Assembly (NCBI RefSeq): GCF_009914755.1
Contig: NC_060947.1
Origin: the human T2T-CHM13v2.0 reference genome, Homo sapiens
DNA length: 64,000 nucleotides
Reading direction: 5' to 3' (one strand)
The translations under genes and the position numbers were made by a program. Every line of letters starts with the position of its first letter. Position 1 is the first letter of the stretch. Positions 17,216 through 37,535 of this stretch are shown piece by piece. Under the pieces are notes generated by a model that saw only the letters and a program-made list of their open reading frames with translations, was not told the DNA's origin and did not search any database.

Positions 17216-17548
17216 CAGGTGAGTACCCCTTATATGAAATGCTTGGGACCACAAGTATTTGGCATTTTGGAATTTTTCAGATTTTGGAATATTTGCATAT
17301 ACATAATGAGATATTTTAGGAGCAAGACACAAGTCTAAACATAAAATTCATTTATGTTTTATGCACACCTTATACACATACCTTGAAGGCAGTTTTATAC
17401 AATATTTCTTTTTTTTGCACAAAACAATGTTTTATACATGAGGTTACATGTAAAATTTTCCACTCGTGGCATCATGATGGTGCTCAAAAAGATTCAAATT
17501 TTGGAGCATTTTGGATTTCAGATTTTTGGAGTAGGGATGTTTAACCTG
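17216..17548. mobile_element. Tigger4 (Zombi)-type TcMar DNA transposon
   Basis: TA|caggtgagtacccct ... agggatgtttaacctg|TA: terminal inverted repeats with a TA TSD. Confidence 0.85.
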
Positions 17549-17679
17549 TATTATATACAAATTTTTTTCATCTGAGTTTACATTTTTGATAAAATGAAAA
17601 ATCCTATTAAAGTTTTTTTTGAAAAATTCAAATTACTAAATTGACAACAGAAGAAATAGAAAATCTGAATTGTACTATA

Positions 17680-17880
17680 TCTAAAGCACAGGCAACTGAA
17701 GAAAAGTTGACAAATTGGATCACATTAAACTAAAAATCTTCTCCATAACAAAGTAAACAATCAACAAAGTGAAGAGACAACCTACAGAATGTGAGAAAAC
17801 ATTTGCAAAAAGCTGAATAAACTGACAAGGGATTAATAACCAGACTATATAGGAACTCAAGCAATAGCAAAAAAGCCAAT
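17680..17880 (+). mobile_element. L1MA-like element, first part (resumes at 24731)
   Basis: aaagcacaggcaac...caacaaagtgaagagacaacctacagaat...aggaactcaa. Confidence 0.7.
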
Positions 17881-18256
17881 TATAAATCATTCTGTTATAA
17901 GGACACATGCACATATACGTTTATTGCAGCACTATTCACAATAGCAAAGACGTGTAATCAACTTAATGCCCATCAGTAATAGACTGGATAAAGAAAATGT
18001 GGTGCATATACACCATGGAATACTATGCAGCCATAAAGAGAATGAGATGATGTCCTTTGCAGGGACATGAATGGAGCTGGAGGCCATTATCCTTAGCAGA
18101 CTAACACAGGAACAGAAAACCAAATACTGCATGTTCTCACTTATAAGTGGGAGCTAAATGATGAGAACACATGAACACATAGAGGGGAACAAGAAACAAT
18201 GGGGCCTATTGGAGAGTGGAGGATGGGAGGAAGGAAAGGATCAAGAAAAATAACTA
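17881..18256 (+). mobile_element. L1PA13-like 3' end, first part (resumes at 24592-24730)
   Basis: The 3'UTR ggatcaagaaaaataacta breaks at 18256 and continues aagaaaaataactaatgagtagtaggctt at 24592. Confidence 0.85.
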
Positions 18257-19079
18257 GCCTGTCCTAGCCAAGGGAAGCCATGACAGATGGTACCTGGAAA
18301 CTCGGGACACTCCCACCCTAATACTGTGCTTTTCCAACAGTCTTAGCAAATGGCACACCAGGAGATTATATCCTGCATCTGGCTCACTGGGTCCCATGCC
18401 CATGGAACCTTGCTCACTGCTAGCACAGCAGCCCGAGATCAAACTGTGAGGCAGCATTGAGGCTGGGGGACGGGCGTCTGCCATTGCTGAGGCTTGACTA
18501 GGTAAACAAAGCGGCTGGGAAGCTCGAACTGGGTGGAGCCCACCACAGCTCAAGGAGGCTGGCCTGCCTCTGTAGACTCCACCTCTGGGGGCAGGGCATA
18601 GCTGAACAAAAGGCAGCAGAAACTTCTGCAGACTTAAACGTCCCTGTCTGACAGCTTTGAAGAGAGCAGTAGTTCTCCCAGCATGGAGTTTGAGATCTGA
18701 GAATGGACAGACTGCCTCCTCAAGTGGCTCCCTGAACCCCGAGTAGCCTAACTGGGAGATACCTCCCAGTAGGGGCTGACTGATACCTCATACACCCGGG
18801 TGCTCCTCTGAGACCAAGCTTCCAGAGGAAGGATTGGGTGGCAATATTTGCTGTTCTGCAATATTTGCTGTTCTGCAGCCTCTGCTGGTGATACCCAGGG
18901 AAACAGGGTCTGGAGTGGACCTCCAGCAAACTCCAACAGACCTGCAGCTGAAGGTCCTGTTAGAAGGAAAACTAACAAACAGATAGGAATAGCATCAACA
19001 CCAACAAAAAGACATCCACATCAAAACCCCATCTGTAGGTCACCATCATCAAAGACTAAAGGTAGATAAAACCACAAAG

Positions 19080-20105
19080 ATGGGGAGAAACCAGAGCAGA
19101 AAAGCTGAAAATTCTAAAAATCAGACCGCCTCTTCTCCTCCAAAGGATCACAGCTCCTCGCCAGCAATGGAAAAAAGCTGGATGGAGAATGACTTTGACA
19201 AGTTGACGGAAGTAGGCTTCAGAAGATCGGTAATACCAAACTTCTCCGAGCTAAAGGACGATGTTCAAACCCATCACAAAGAAGCTAAAAACCTTGAAAA
19301 AAGATTAGACAAATGGCTAACTAGAATAAACAGCATAGAGAAGACTTTAAATGATCTGATGGAGCTGAAAGCCATGGCACAAGAACTACGTGATGCATGC
19401 ACAAGCTTCGGTAGCCGAATTGATCAAGTGGAAGAAAGGGTATCAGTGATTGAAGATCAAATGAATGAAATGAAGGGAGAAGAGAAGTTGAGAGAAAAAA
19501 GAGTAAAAAGAAACGAACAAAGCCTCCAAGAAATATGGGACTATGTGAAAGGACCAAATCTACGTTTGATTGGTGTACCTGAAAGTGACAGGGAGAATGG
19601 AACCAAGTTGGAAAACACGCTGCAGGATATTATCCAGGAGAACTTCCCCAACCTAGCAAGGCAGGCCAACATTCACATTCAGGAAATACAGAGAACGCCA
19701 CAAAGATACTCCTCGAGAAGAGCAACCCCAAGACACATAATTGTCAGATTCACCAAGGTTGAAATGAAGGAAAAAATGTTAAGGGCAGCCAGAGAGAACG
19801 GTCGGGTTACCCACAAAGGGAAACCCATCAGACTAACAGCAGATCTCTCAGCAGAAACCCTACAAGCCAGAAGAGAGTGGGGGCCAATATTCAACATTCT
19901 TAAAGAAAAGAATTTTCAACCCAGAATTTGATATCCAGCCAAACTAAGCTTCATAAGTGAAGGAGAAATAAAATACTTTACAGACAAGCAAATGCTGAGA
20001 GATTTTGTCACCACCAGGCCTGCCTTACAAGAGCTCCTGAAGGAAGCACTAAACATGGAAAGGAACAACCGGTACCAGCCACTGCAAAAACATGCCAAAT
20101 TGTAA
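19080..20105 (+). pseudogene. L1 ORF1p, interrupted by one nonsense codon
   Basis: MGRNQSRKAE...ARREWGPIF. TGA at 19929-19931, after which the same frame reads YPAKLSF...QKHAKL* to 20105. Confidence 0.92.
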
Positions 20106-20168
20106 AGACCTTCGATGCTAGGAAGAAACTGCATCAATTAACGAGCAAAATCACCAGCTAACATCATA

Positions 20169-23991
<3,823 letters not shown>

Positions 23992-24213
23992 ACAATGAGA
24001 ACACTTGGACACAGGAGGGGGAACATCACACACTGGGGCTTGTCGTGGGGTGGGGGGAGGGGGGAGGGATAGCATTAGGAGATATGCCTAATGTAAATGA
24101 CGAGTTAATGGGTGCAGCACACCAACATGGCACATGTATACATATGTAACAAACCTGCACATTGTGCACATGTACCCTAGAACTTAAAGTAGAATAATTA
24201 AAAAAAAAAAAAA

Positions 24214-24591
24214 AGAAAATGTGGCACATATACACCATGGAATACTATGCAGCCATAAAAAAAGAATGAGTTCATGTCCTTTGTAGGGACATGGATGAAG
24301 CTGGAGACCATCATTCTAAGCAAACTATCGTAAGGACAGAAAACCAAACACCGCATGTTCTCACTCATTGGTGTGAATTGAACAATGGGAACACTTGGAC
24401 ACAGGGTGGGGAACATCACACACCGGGGCCGGTCATGGGGTAGGGGAAGGGGGGCGGGATAGCATTAGGAGGAACACCTAATGTAAATGACGAGTTAATG
24501 GGTGCGGCACACCAACCTGGCACATGTATACATATGTAACAAACCTCCACGTTGTGCACATGTACCCTAGAATTTAAAGTATAATTAAAAA
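24214..24591 (+). mobile_element. Second, short L1PA5-like 3' end directly behind the first poly(A)
   Basis: Repeats the last ~380 bp of L1 with many differences from 23824-24199 and has its own A tail. Confidence 0.9.
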
Positions 24592-24730
24592 AAGAAAAAT
24601 AACTAATGAGTAGTAGGCTTAATATCTGGGTGATGAAATAATCTGTACAACAATCCCCCAAGACACAGGTTTACCTATGTAACAAACCTGCACATGTACT
24701 CCTAAACTTAAAATAAATTAAAAAAAAAAA
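24592..24730 (+). mobile_element. L1PA13-like 3' end, second part with A tail
   Basis: aataatctgtacaac...tttacctatgtaacaaacctgcacatgtac followed by poly(A). Confidence 0.85.
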
Positions 24731-26225
24731 GCAAAAAATGGGCAAAAGATCTGAATAGACATTTCTCCCAACACACTAATGGCCAACGACTATATTAAAA
24801 AAATGTTCAACATCACTAATCATCAGGGAAATGCAAATCAAAACCACAATGAAACATCATCTCACCCCATTTAAAATGGCTATTTGAAAAAAGACACAAA
24901 ATAACAAATGCTGGTGGGGATGCAGAGAAAGAGGAACACTCATACACTGTTGATGGGAATGCAAATTAGTACAAGCACTATGAAACACAGTATGTGGGTT
25001 TCAGAAGAAAGGCAACTTGAAATGTTCCCAATGCGTAGTATTGATAAATACTCGAGATGATGGATGTCCAAATACCCTGACTTGATCATTACACAGTTTA
25101 TGCATAAAACAAAATGTCACATGTACCCCATAAATATGTACAAATATTATGTATCAATTAAAAAAACTAAAAATTGAACTACCACATGATCCATCAATTC
25201 CACTGCTGGGAATATATCCAAAAGAAAGGAAATCAGCTTATTGAGGAGATATCTGAACTCCTATTTTTAATGTGCACTATTCATGATGGCTAAGCAATGG
25301 AATCAATCGAAGTTCCCATCAGTGGATGAGAGGATAAAGAAAACGTGTTACGGGCCCGGCGCGGTGGCTTATACCTGTAATCCCAGCACTTTGGGAGGCC
25401 GAGGCGGGCGGATCACAAGGTCAGGAGATAGAGACCAACCTGTCTAACACGGTGAAACCGCGTCTCTACTAAAAATACAGAAAAAGTAGCCGGGCGTGGC
25501 GGCGGGCGCCTGTAGTCCCAGCTACTCAGGAGGCTGAGGCAGCAGAATGGCGTGAACCCGGGAGGCGGAGCTTGCAGTGAGCCGTGATTGCGCCATTGCA
25601 CTCCAGCCTGGGCGACAGAGCAAAACTCCGTACCCGCCCCCCCAAAAAAAGAAAAAAGAAAATGTGGTATATATACACAATGGAATATTATTCCACCACA
25701 AAAATAGAATGAAATCCTGCCATTTGTAAAAACATGAATAGATCTGGAGGACATTATGTTAAGTGAAATAAACCAGGCACAGAAAGACAAGTATCACATG
25801 TTCTCACTCACATGTGGGAGCTAAAAAAGTGGATCTCATGGAAGCAGTGAATAGAATGGTCGTCACCAGAGGTGAAGGATAAAGAGGGTTTAGTTGATGG
25901 GTACAAACATACAGTTAGAAAGGAAAAGTATGATCAAGTGTTTGGTAGCACAATAGGGTGACTATAGTTAAAATAATGTATTGTATATTTCAAAATAACT
26001 AGAAGACTAGATTTAGAATATTCCCAACACAAGGAAATGATAAATGTTTGAGGTAAATGTTTGATGGATATCCCTATTACCAAGATTTGATCATTACACA
26101 TTACATGTTTGTTTTTTAAATGGTTTAAAATTATTTTAAAAATCTGTGGGCACAGAGTAGGTGTATAGCATGTACCCCATAAATATGTACCATAAATATG
26201 TATCCATGAATTTTTTAATTTAAAA
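24731..26225 (+). mobile_element. L1MA-like 3' portion, interrupted by another L1MA 3' fragment (about 25002-25166), an AluY and a ~60-bp antisense L1 scrap (about 26110-26168)
   Basis: aatgggcaaaagatctgaatagacatttc...ggaggacattatgttaagtgaaata...tgatcattacacat. Confidence 0.8.
25353..25654 (+). mobile_element. AluY
   Basis: Y diagnostics ctaacacggtg, agaatggcgtgaacccgggaggcggagcttgc. Imperfect TSD aaagaaaacgtgttac / aaagaaaatgtggtat. Confidence 0.95.
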
Positions 26226-29130
<2,905 letters not shown>

Positions 29131-29169
29131 TCTTTAGGGAAAGTTTATTTTTTGGCCATTGGTTCATTA

Positions 29170-30660
29170 GTGATGAACCCTGCAAGCCAGGTTAATGAGT
29201 TTGGACTTTATCCTGTATGTGACAGGTCTTCACTAGAGATTTTTAATCAGGCACTGAATACATTTATTTTTTAAGGAACACATTTCTGAGAAAAAGTGTA
29301 AAAGACAGATTGGAGAGGGGAGTATCTGGAGGCTATTGCAAGTCCAGGCAAGAAGTGGTGAAGCATGAAACTAGGGCAGTGGAAGTGGGTGTGAGGGAGT
29401 TGACAGATGGGAAAAACATCACAGAGTCAATATCAATGGAAATACATAGTGAAGTTGGTGAGAGATACAGAGGAGTTGAGGATGGCTTGCCATTTGCCAA
29501 AGCAAATATCATAGTTGAGTTTTTATTAGGGAAGAGGCATGAAGGGCAGGAAATACGTTGTCCTAGATGAGGTCAAATTGCCTGCAGGACACCCATGTGG
29601 AGTTTTCCAACCAGCACTGGCAAGTATGGATATGGAACGTAAGAGAGTGACCATGACTACAATCAAGGGTAGAGATAAAAGTTAGGGGGCTGGAGAAAAT
29701 AAGCAGAGTGGGAGAGGAGAAGAGGGTTAAAGGCAGTATTACATAAGGGATCTCAGACTTGGTAGCTTGTACTAAGCTTGCCAGTTCAGAGAGAATTGTG
29801 CAAAGCTTCTAAACAGTAAAAATATGACCTTCTCACATTCACAAAACCCTAAATGCCCTCACGTTTAAATCCTACAGACTTCTGTCATTTTACCTCCTTC
29901 CTACCACTGATAACACCTAAGAAGAAGGACAAAGGAAGGTAGGTTTGATGATAACTAATTGGTGTCAATACTCAACACCCTGTCAGGAGCCACTGTTGGC
30001 TTGAAGGAATGTAACAGAGGTCATAATACAGGGCAACACAAGTGGCACATTTAACTCACTTTGGGAACTTGGAGCTGAGAGTTGCAGAATGTTAAGTGGC
30101 AGGCAGCATTTTGTGACTTTTCTATTTTAGTGACATCTTATTAGTCATTTAAATATCGATGAAAACCCAGGTAAAAACCTTTTTGCTTTTCTTTCTGCTG
30201 ATGGTTGTGGCAGCAGCTGGTAGTGGTGGTGGTGAGTCCTTCAAGTGGCATTTATAGTGACAATGGTTGAATGGGTCCCTTAGTTCCATGAGTCCTTTTG
30301 GTAGTCCCCTTCCCCACAGCTTCAGATTGAAGAAGCAGGCAACAGAACCTACAGAACAGCTAATTTTAAGGTAAAACCAGGGAACTGGGCTCAGTGAAGT
30401 TTAGAGAAAAAGAGATGGGAAAAATGAGGAAATAAGAGCAGACAAATGCTAGGAAAACGCATCAACGCAGAGTGTGGTCAACAATATTGAATACTGCCAA
30501 GAGGTCAGTAGGATAAATACTTGGCATTGACAATTCCATTTGGAAGTTAGGGTGCTGTAGAAGAGAATTAAGGACAATTTCCTTATGAAAGCCAGATTGC
30601 AAGGAACTGACGAGTGGAGAATAAAGTGTAGGCATCAAGCGCACCTCTTATTTTGAAAAG
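29170..30660 (-). mobile_element. L2 fragments, antisense (about 29170-29750 and 30400-30660)
   Basis: gagtttggactttatcctg, ggaggctattgcaagtccagg, gtggtcaacaatattgaatactgccaagaggtcagtagg. Confidence 0.6.
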
Positions 30661-31280
30661 GTCACAGGAAAGAAGAATGTGTGTTGGGGGGGCGGGGAGG
30701 GGGTGAGTACAGTGTCTTGCAGAAGAACCATCCCTGGGAAGAAATTATTTAGGAAATTAAAACTGCAGTATGCTTAATGGATAAGGTGAAAGATCAAGTG
30801 GAAAATCAGACTGAAACTGAAGAAAGGAGAAAGAAATACAAATGTAGGGAGCAGAAGAAAAAATATGAAAGCCAACACATGGCCTGTCCCTCAAATTCCA
30901 GATACACCATGGATCAGGACAGGAGGAAGCTCTCTTCATTGACAAGGTTCTTAACTTCTCTACCTTCCTTCTTTCACTCTAGGTTACATTGACAACTATC
31001 TGCTATTCAATTACTCCTGAGTGGTCCAGGCAACCCTCAAACTCAACATACTTGTAAATCAACAATCATTATTTCCAAAACTTATTCTCTCTCCTGCTTT
31101 TCATATTTCAACTAATCACACCCTCCTCCTTGCATTGATAAATAAAGTCCTACATCTGTATGTGGCACACCAGAAGTATTCAAACTTCGTAAGACTCGAG
31201 TTAGATAATAAACATTCTATAGCTCTAGGGACCAGGTTCTCTGATTCAACCACCCGGCCTCTAACTACTCTCAAAGAGCC

Positions 31281-31743
31281 TGCGGCACTATTCACAATAG
31301 CAAAGACTTGGAACCAACCCAAATGTCCAACAATGATAGACTGGATTAAGAAAATGTGGCACATATACACCATGGGATACTATGCAGCCATAAAAAATGA
31401 TGAGTTCATGTCCTTTGTAGGGACATGGATGAAATTGGAAATCATCATTCTCAGTAAACTATCACAAGAACAAAAAACCAAACACCGCATATTCTCACTC
31501 ATAGGTGGGAATTGAACAATGAGATCACATGGACACAGGAAGGGGAACATCACACTCTGGGGACTGTTGTGGGGTGGGGGGAGGGGGGAGGGGGGAGGGA
31601 TAGCATTGAGAAATATACCTAATGCTAGATGACGAGTTAGTGGGTGCAGCGCACCAGCATGGCACATGTATACATATGTAACTAACCTGCACATTGTGCA
31701 CATATACCCTAAAACTTAAAGTATAATAATAAAAGAAAAAAAA
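31281..31743 (+). mobile_element. Short 5'-truncated L1PA2 (youngest L1 in the window)
   Basis: gagatcacatggac and ctagatgacgagttagtgggtgcagcgcaccagc. TSD aaagagcctg at 31273-31282 and 31742-31751. Confidence 0.92.
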
Positions 31744-31964
31744 AGAGCCTGTTTTCAATAGCCTGGGGCCTATATCCTCGCCCATGGAGCTTCACAACCA
31801 ATGCAGACCTCAACTTACTCCTACAGAAGCTGGAAACTTCCATTTTGACTTGATCTGTCTTGAAAGTGCAATCCATCTGGGTCTTGGCTGATGCCTGAAG
31901 GCCCGCTTCATTTACCAGTGGAATGATTAACTTGGTAGAACTATAGACTGCTAAATCCACATAC

Positions 31965-32945
<981 letters not shown>

Positions 32946-33607
32946 TATTTTTATTTTTTATTATACTTTAAGTTCTGGAATACATGTGAACATGCAGATT
33001 TTTTACATAGGTGTATATGTGCCATGGTGGTTTGCTGCACCCATCAGCCCATCATCTACATTAGGTATTTCTCCTAATGCTATCCCTCCCCTAGCCCCCC
33101 AACCCTGACAGGCCCTGGTGTGTGATGTTCCCCTCCCTGTGTCCATGTGTTCTCATTGTTCAGCTCCCACTTATGAGTGAGAACATGTGGTGTTTGGTTT
33201 TGTATTCCTATGTTAGTTTGCTGAGAATGATGGTTTCCACCTTCATCCATATCCCTGCAAAGGATATGAACTCATCCTTTTCTATGGCTGCATAGTATTC
33301 TGTGGTGTATATGTGCCACATTTGCTTTATCCAGTCTATCATTGATGGGCTTTATCCAGTCTATCATTGATGGGTTGGTTCCAAGTCTTTGCTATATTTA
33401 TTGAACAGTGCTTCAACAAATATATGGGTGCATGTGTCTTTATAATAGAATTATTTATAATCCTTTGGGTATATAGCCAGTAATGGGATTGCTGGGTCAA
33501 ATGGTATTTCTGGTTCTAGATCCGTGAGGAATCGCCATATTGTCTTCCACAATGGTTGAACTAATTTACACTCCCACCAACAGTGTAAAAGCGTTCCTAT
33601 TTCTCCA
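32946..33607 (-). mobile_element. L1PA7-like 3' end, antisense
   Basis: catctacattaggtatttctcctaatgctatccctcccctagcc. Confidence 0.88.
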
Positions 33608-35522
33608 AAAACTTCCTATTAAGACACATGTACTCTAAAACTCTACTAGAAAAAAACACAAAAACATCTTCCAAAATGTTCACTGCTAGTTTCTTTAGAT
33701 ATGCACAAGTTACAAAGTATAAAAGACAATATATTTATGCTCCCGGATGAAGAATTTAACAATATTAAACATAAATCTGAATAACTCAAAGTACTGAGTA
33801 TAATTTTACTAAGCAACAAATCTTGAAGTATAAATTCATGCTCATTAAAGGACTAGAGAGTTTTAATTTTTCATACAAAGTTAAGGAAGACACTATTATA
33901 CATTAATTTCTAGCTACAATGCTTAAAGTGCCCATCAAATTATTTTTCTTTTTAAGTAGTTTTTAAAAAATATTTTTCAGTTACATTATTCAACATATAC
34001 GTTTCCTTGATGTGCTTCCCTTTAATATAGATTTATTGTGCCTAGACGCAAACGTTAACCTGCCTTATTTTAAATATATATTTTTTAAATTATGTCTCAG
34101 AGTACATCTGTTCTCCATAATTCAACGGTTTTAACATTTTAGCTTTATTCTTCCCAAATAGGCAAAATTCCTTAAAACTGGGATCATTTTGATCTATTTT
34201 GGTTTTAAAAATATATTCTTACGGCCCTTGGTCACCCCTCAATATATGAAGCCATGAGTCTTTTGACACACTCACATCTCCAAAATATTCTTTGCCCTCT
34301 AACTCCCATTCCAAACTCCTAGAAAAACAAACTTTCCCATGAACCTTCAAGAACTCTCTTTTATGGGTACAACTTTCCCACATTCAAATCCTCTTCTTGG
34401 AGATTTCCTCCATCTTCTTGTTGATACTGACAGCCAGGGCTTTCCCCAAAGACTCAGCTTCACCTAAAATCCTCTCAAGTGGGAGCAACTCTTTTTTCCA
34501 CACCTCTTCAGTTCCCATGCTGCTTTTAAGATATTGTTCTTCCATATTTTTGGAGAAGCACTTCCCATTGATGTTCATGCCATTGGCTTATTATGGAAGA
34601 ATGAAATTCCCCTCTGTTTTTAGTTATTCTGTATGGTCACTTATTTTATGTGGAAAATGACTTTTCAGTGAGAACCCTTTAGACCTGTTCCTAGTTGTAA
34701 GAGGATCTACATCATCTTTTATAGTGGTTAAGCAATTAATACTAGATCAGTACAGTTATAATGAGAGTTAATTATTCCAAGGACGATGAATAAATTAAAC
34801 CCCCAGTGGTTAATCAATGTTAAATACGGAATCCAGAATACACAATAATTCACCATGAACCATTCACAATTTTAAGTGAAAAAAATTGGCTTTCTACCCA
34901 AACATCTTAACAAATGTAGTTTCTGAAACCAACAATGATATTCTCAAGGTTATGAGTCAATAGTTCTTAGAACTATTTTTAAAAATCTCTCAATGTTATA
35001 CAGAGCCTTTCTGCCAGTTTTAGTAATTATAACTAGACAGAAATTTGACTTCATGATGAGAATATATTGCATAAATATACATTTAACTCAAATTTTATGC
35101 TAGTTGGTTTATAGTTATTCCCTAACCTTGATTCTTCTCTGTCTAAATAAAAGCTAATGGCTAACCTAGTGCATTGTCTGTACAAACTACTTGTGTTAAC
35201 GGCTTCTTTAACGTTTCCCATTAAGAGCTGCTAAGGACTTAGAGCCATGAATAATTTTAATACAGGCTGAACAAAGTTAATGTGCATATATATAAATTCT
35301 GATATATATATATATATTATTAAACATATAATATATATTTATATATATTCATTTTAATTGCCACAGAATAAACCATTCTTTCCCCTTCCTCATTGTTGTC
35401 ATCTACCAAATCCCCTCCCTTCCCTGCAATCCATTGAAGATATTAATGTAAGCGTTACTGACTTCCTCTGTACCCAAACACCTGCCATTATCCTGGACAG
35501 TATGTAAGCCACAAAGATGCAG

Positions 35523-35908
35523 TGTTATGCAATGAGCTGTGTCCACTCAAAGTTAACATGTTTGAAGTCCTAACCCCCAGTACCTGAAAATGTGACTGTA
35601 TTTGGAGATAGGGTCTTTAACGCAGTAATTAAGGTTAAATGAGGCAATTAGGGTGGGCCTTAATCCAATATAACTGGTAACCTTATAAGAAGAGGATATT
35701 AGGACACAGACACATACAGAGGGAATTCCATATGAAGACACAGGAAGAAGACAGTCATGTAAAAGCTAAGGGGAGAACCCTCAGAAGTAACCAGCCCTGC
35801 TGACACTTTGAATTCAGACTTCTAGTCTGAATTGAGAAAATAAATTTCTGTTGTTTAAGCTACCCAGTCTGTGATATTTTGTTTTGACAGCCTTAGCAAA
35901 CTAATACA
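35523..35908 (+). mobile_element. MLT1B-like MaLR solo LTR
   Basis: TG...CA ends, gaagtcctaacccccagtacctgaaaatgtgactgtatttggagataggg, and a 5-bp TSD tgcag. Confidence 0.88.
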
Positions 35909-35914
35909 TGCAGT

Positions 35915-36090
35915 ATCTAGTATGTGCCAGACATGTTTTAAGTGATTTACTTCTATTAACTCATTTAATGTTTACGAGACCTATATGAAGTGGGCAGATG
36001 AGGAAAATGAGGCACAGAGAAATGAAATAGCTTCCTAAACTAACGTAGCTAGTGAATGGCAGAGTTTAGAAGCCAGGTTGTCTGATTTCA
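35915..36090 (-). mobile_element. MIR
   Basis: Core cagatgaggaaaatgaggcacagaga. Confidence 0.7.
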
Positions 36091-36474
36091 GTAAAGAAGC
36101 TATTGATCATGGTGCTTGAAGCCTGCATGCACTGGATATGCTGTTAGTTTTTATTTAGCTGGAAAGGCATAAATGTTAGAGGCTATTTACATAAGTTATC
36201 CGCTGCACTTTGCTCTGTTGGGTGACTTCAGTATCTATGTGGAGTTTTAGCCCCTCAGTTGCATAACCTCAGGTTCACCTGTGACTACAGTCCTATTACT
36301 CTTCTTCCATTTAGGGCCAAGGGGCGTTAACAGTTATTCTTACTAGAATGTGTCCATTTACTTCAGTGTTACTCTTTAACCCATTGCAACATGGTTGCTT
36401 TGCCCACCATGCCCCTGAAACAGCCATTACTAAGGTTACTTGCAACTTCCTTTCTGCTGAATACAATAAAACAC

Positions 36475-37185
36475 TTTATATTTTATTTTGCATTTTTGAA
36501 CAGGTAGTACATACACATATAAAACAATACTTTAAACATATAAGAGTAGAAGTGAAAAGAAAGTTTCTCCCTCCCGTTAGTGTTTTCCAGCTTAGTTCCC
36601 ATCTCAAGAAGCAATGGCTATCACCAGTTTTTTGTGTCTCTTTCTAGACCTATTTTATGCAAAGATGAATATAAGTGGTTTTTAATTTTTACAAAATCAT
36701 AAGTTGAGCATACTAAAACACTATTCCATTCTTTATTGCTTTCACATAATGACAGAGGTCTTTCCATATCAGTACATATAGAGCTCACTCATTCCTTTGA
36801 ACAACTGCATAGAATTGTATTAATTTTATTAAATAGAAGTATTATGATTTATTTAACTCATCTTCTATAACACTTAGATTGTTTTAATATTTACAATCAA
36901 TATTGTAATATATTTCCTCAAACACATGTGTCAAGAATAGGTTGGGTAATACTTAGAGGTGGAATTGCTAGGTCAAAGCAATTTTTGTTAATGTTGCTAC
37001 ATTAGACTCCATAGCAATTTTACCAATTTACACTCCCACAAGAAATATTTCAGAGAATGTTTCCCAGTGCCCTCTCCAACATAGTGTATTGATAGTGTCT
37101 TCTTCAAGTTTTAACTTGCATTTAAAACATTTTAAGTGAAGTTGAGCAACTGTTTGTATATTTGAGACATATAAGTTTCCTTTCA
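36475..37185 (-). mobile_element. Ancient L1M 3' end, antisense, splitting an L2 (flanks about 36150-36470 and 37200-37400)
   Basis: ctttccatatcagtacatatagagc; ggaattgctaggtcaaag; ccaatttacactccca. The flank ttgggtgacttcagtatc resembles the L2 LGDF motif. Confidence 0.6.
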
Positions 37186-37424
37186 ACTGGCAGTTCCTAG
37201 CAATAAACACTGAGCATGATCTTACATGATTCCTGTTCAGAGTTGAATGACAATGATCACTGTGTCTTTTTTTCCCCTGGATGTGCCCTCTTTTATTGGC
37301 TTTCATAACACTGCTGTTGCATTTTTTCTTCTTCCTTACTGACTACTTGTTTTCAGTGTCCCCTGTGGGGCTCTCTTCCTTTGCATATCTTTTAAATGCT
37401 GTTTTTTCTGGGCCCTGTCCTATA

Positions 37425-37535
37425 CAGAGCAGGGACTAGAGTGAGGCGAGCAAGACTCCTAGGGCACCAAGTAAGAAGGTTCTCACTCTCAGGGTCTTCA
37501 AATGCAAGTCCAGCACTTGTACAACCCAGAGAGTG
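37425..37535. mobile_element. MER96-like palindromic hAT MITE, right arm lost
   Basis: gggactagagtgaggcgagc...cactctcagggt...acccagagagtg, with the central hairpin retained. Confidence 0.65.

Larger units (their letters stand above)
13590..17680 (+). mobile_element. Ancient L1 (L1MC/L1MD-like), 5' region to early ORF2; outermost element of the nest
   Basis: Degenerate ORF1 (peptide MNGIDSKIESAEERI..LSFSDMWNNIK) and EN-like sequence (gcagaatacatattcttttcaagtg...caccaaaatagaccatatgc). Confidence 0.75.

Noticed and set aside
18841-18874. 17-bp tandem repeat gcaatatttgctgttct in the L1 5'UTR
   Set aside because: As I recall, this is part of the L1PA5/6 5'UTR consensus rather than locus-specific.
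31021-31515. 164-aa ORF fusing unique sequence to the L1 ORF2 C-terminus
   Set aside because: It has a GTG start inside an L2-like fragment and no splice or promoter evidence. It is a chance read-through into the L1PA2.
33325-33374. 25-bp tandem duplication in L1PA7; similar small duplications at 14502-14557 and 58161-58210
   Set aside because: These are common slippage-type duplications with no further structure.
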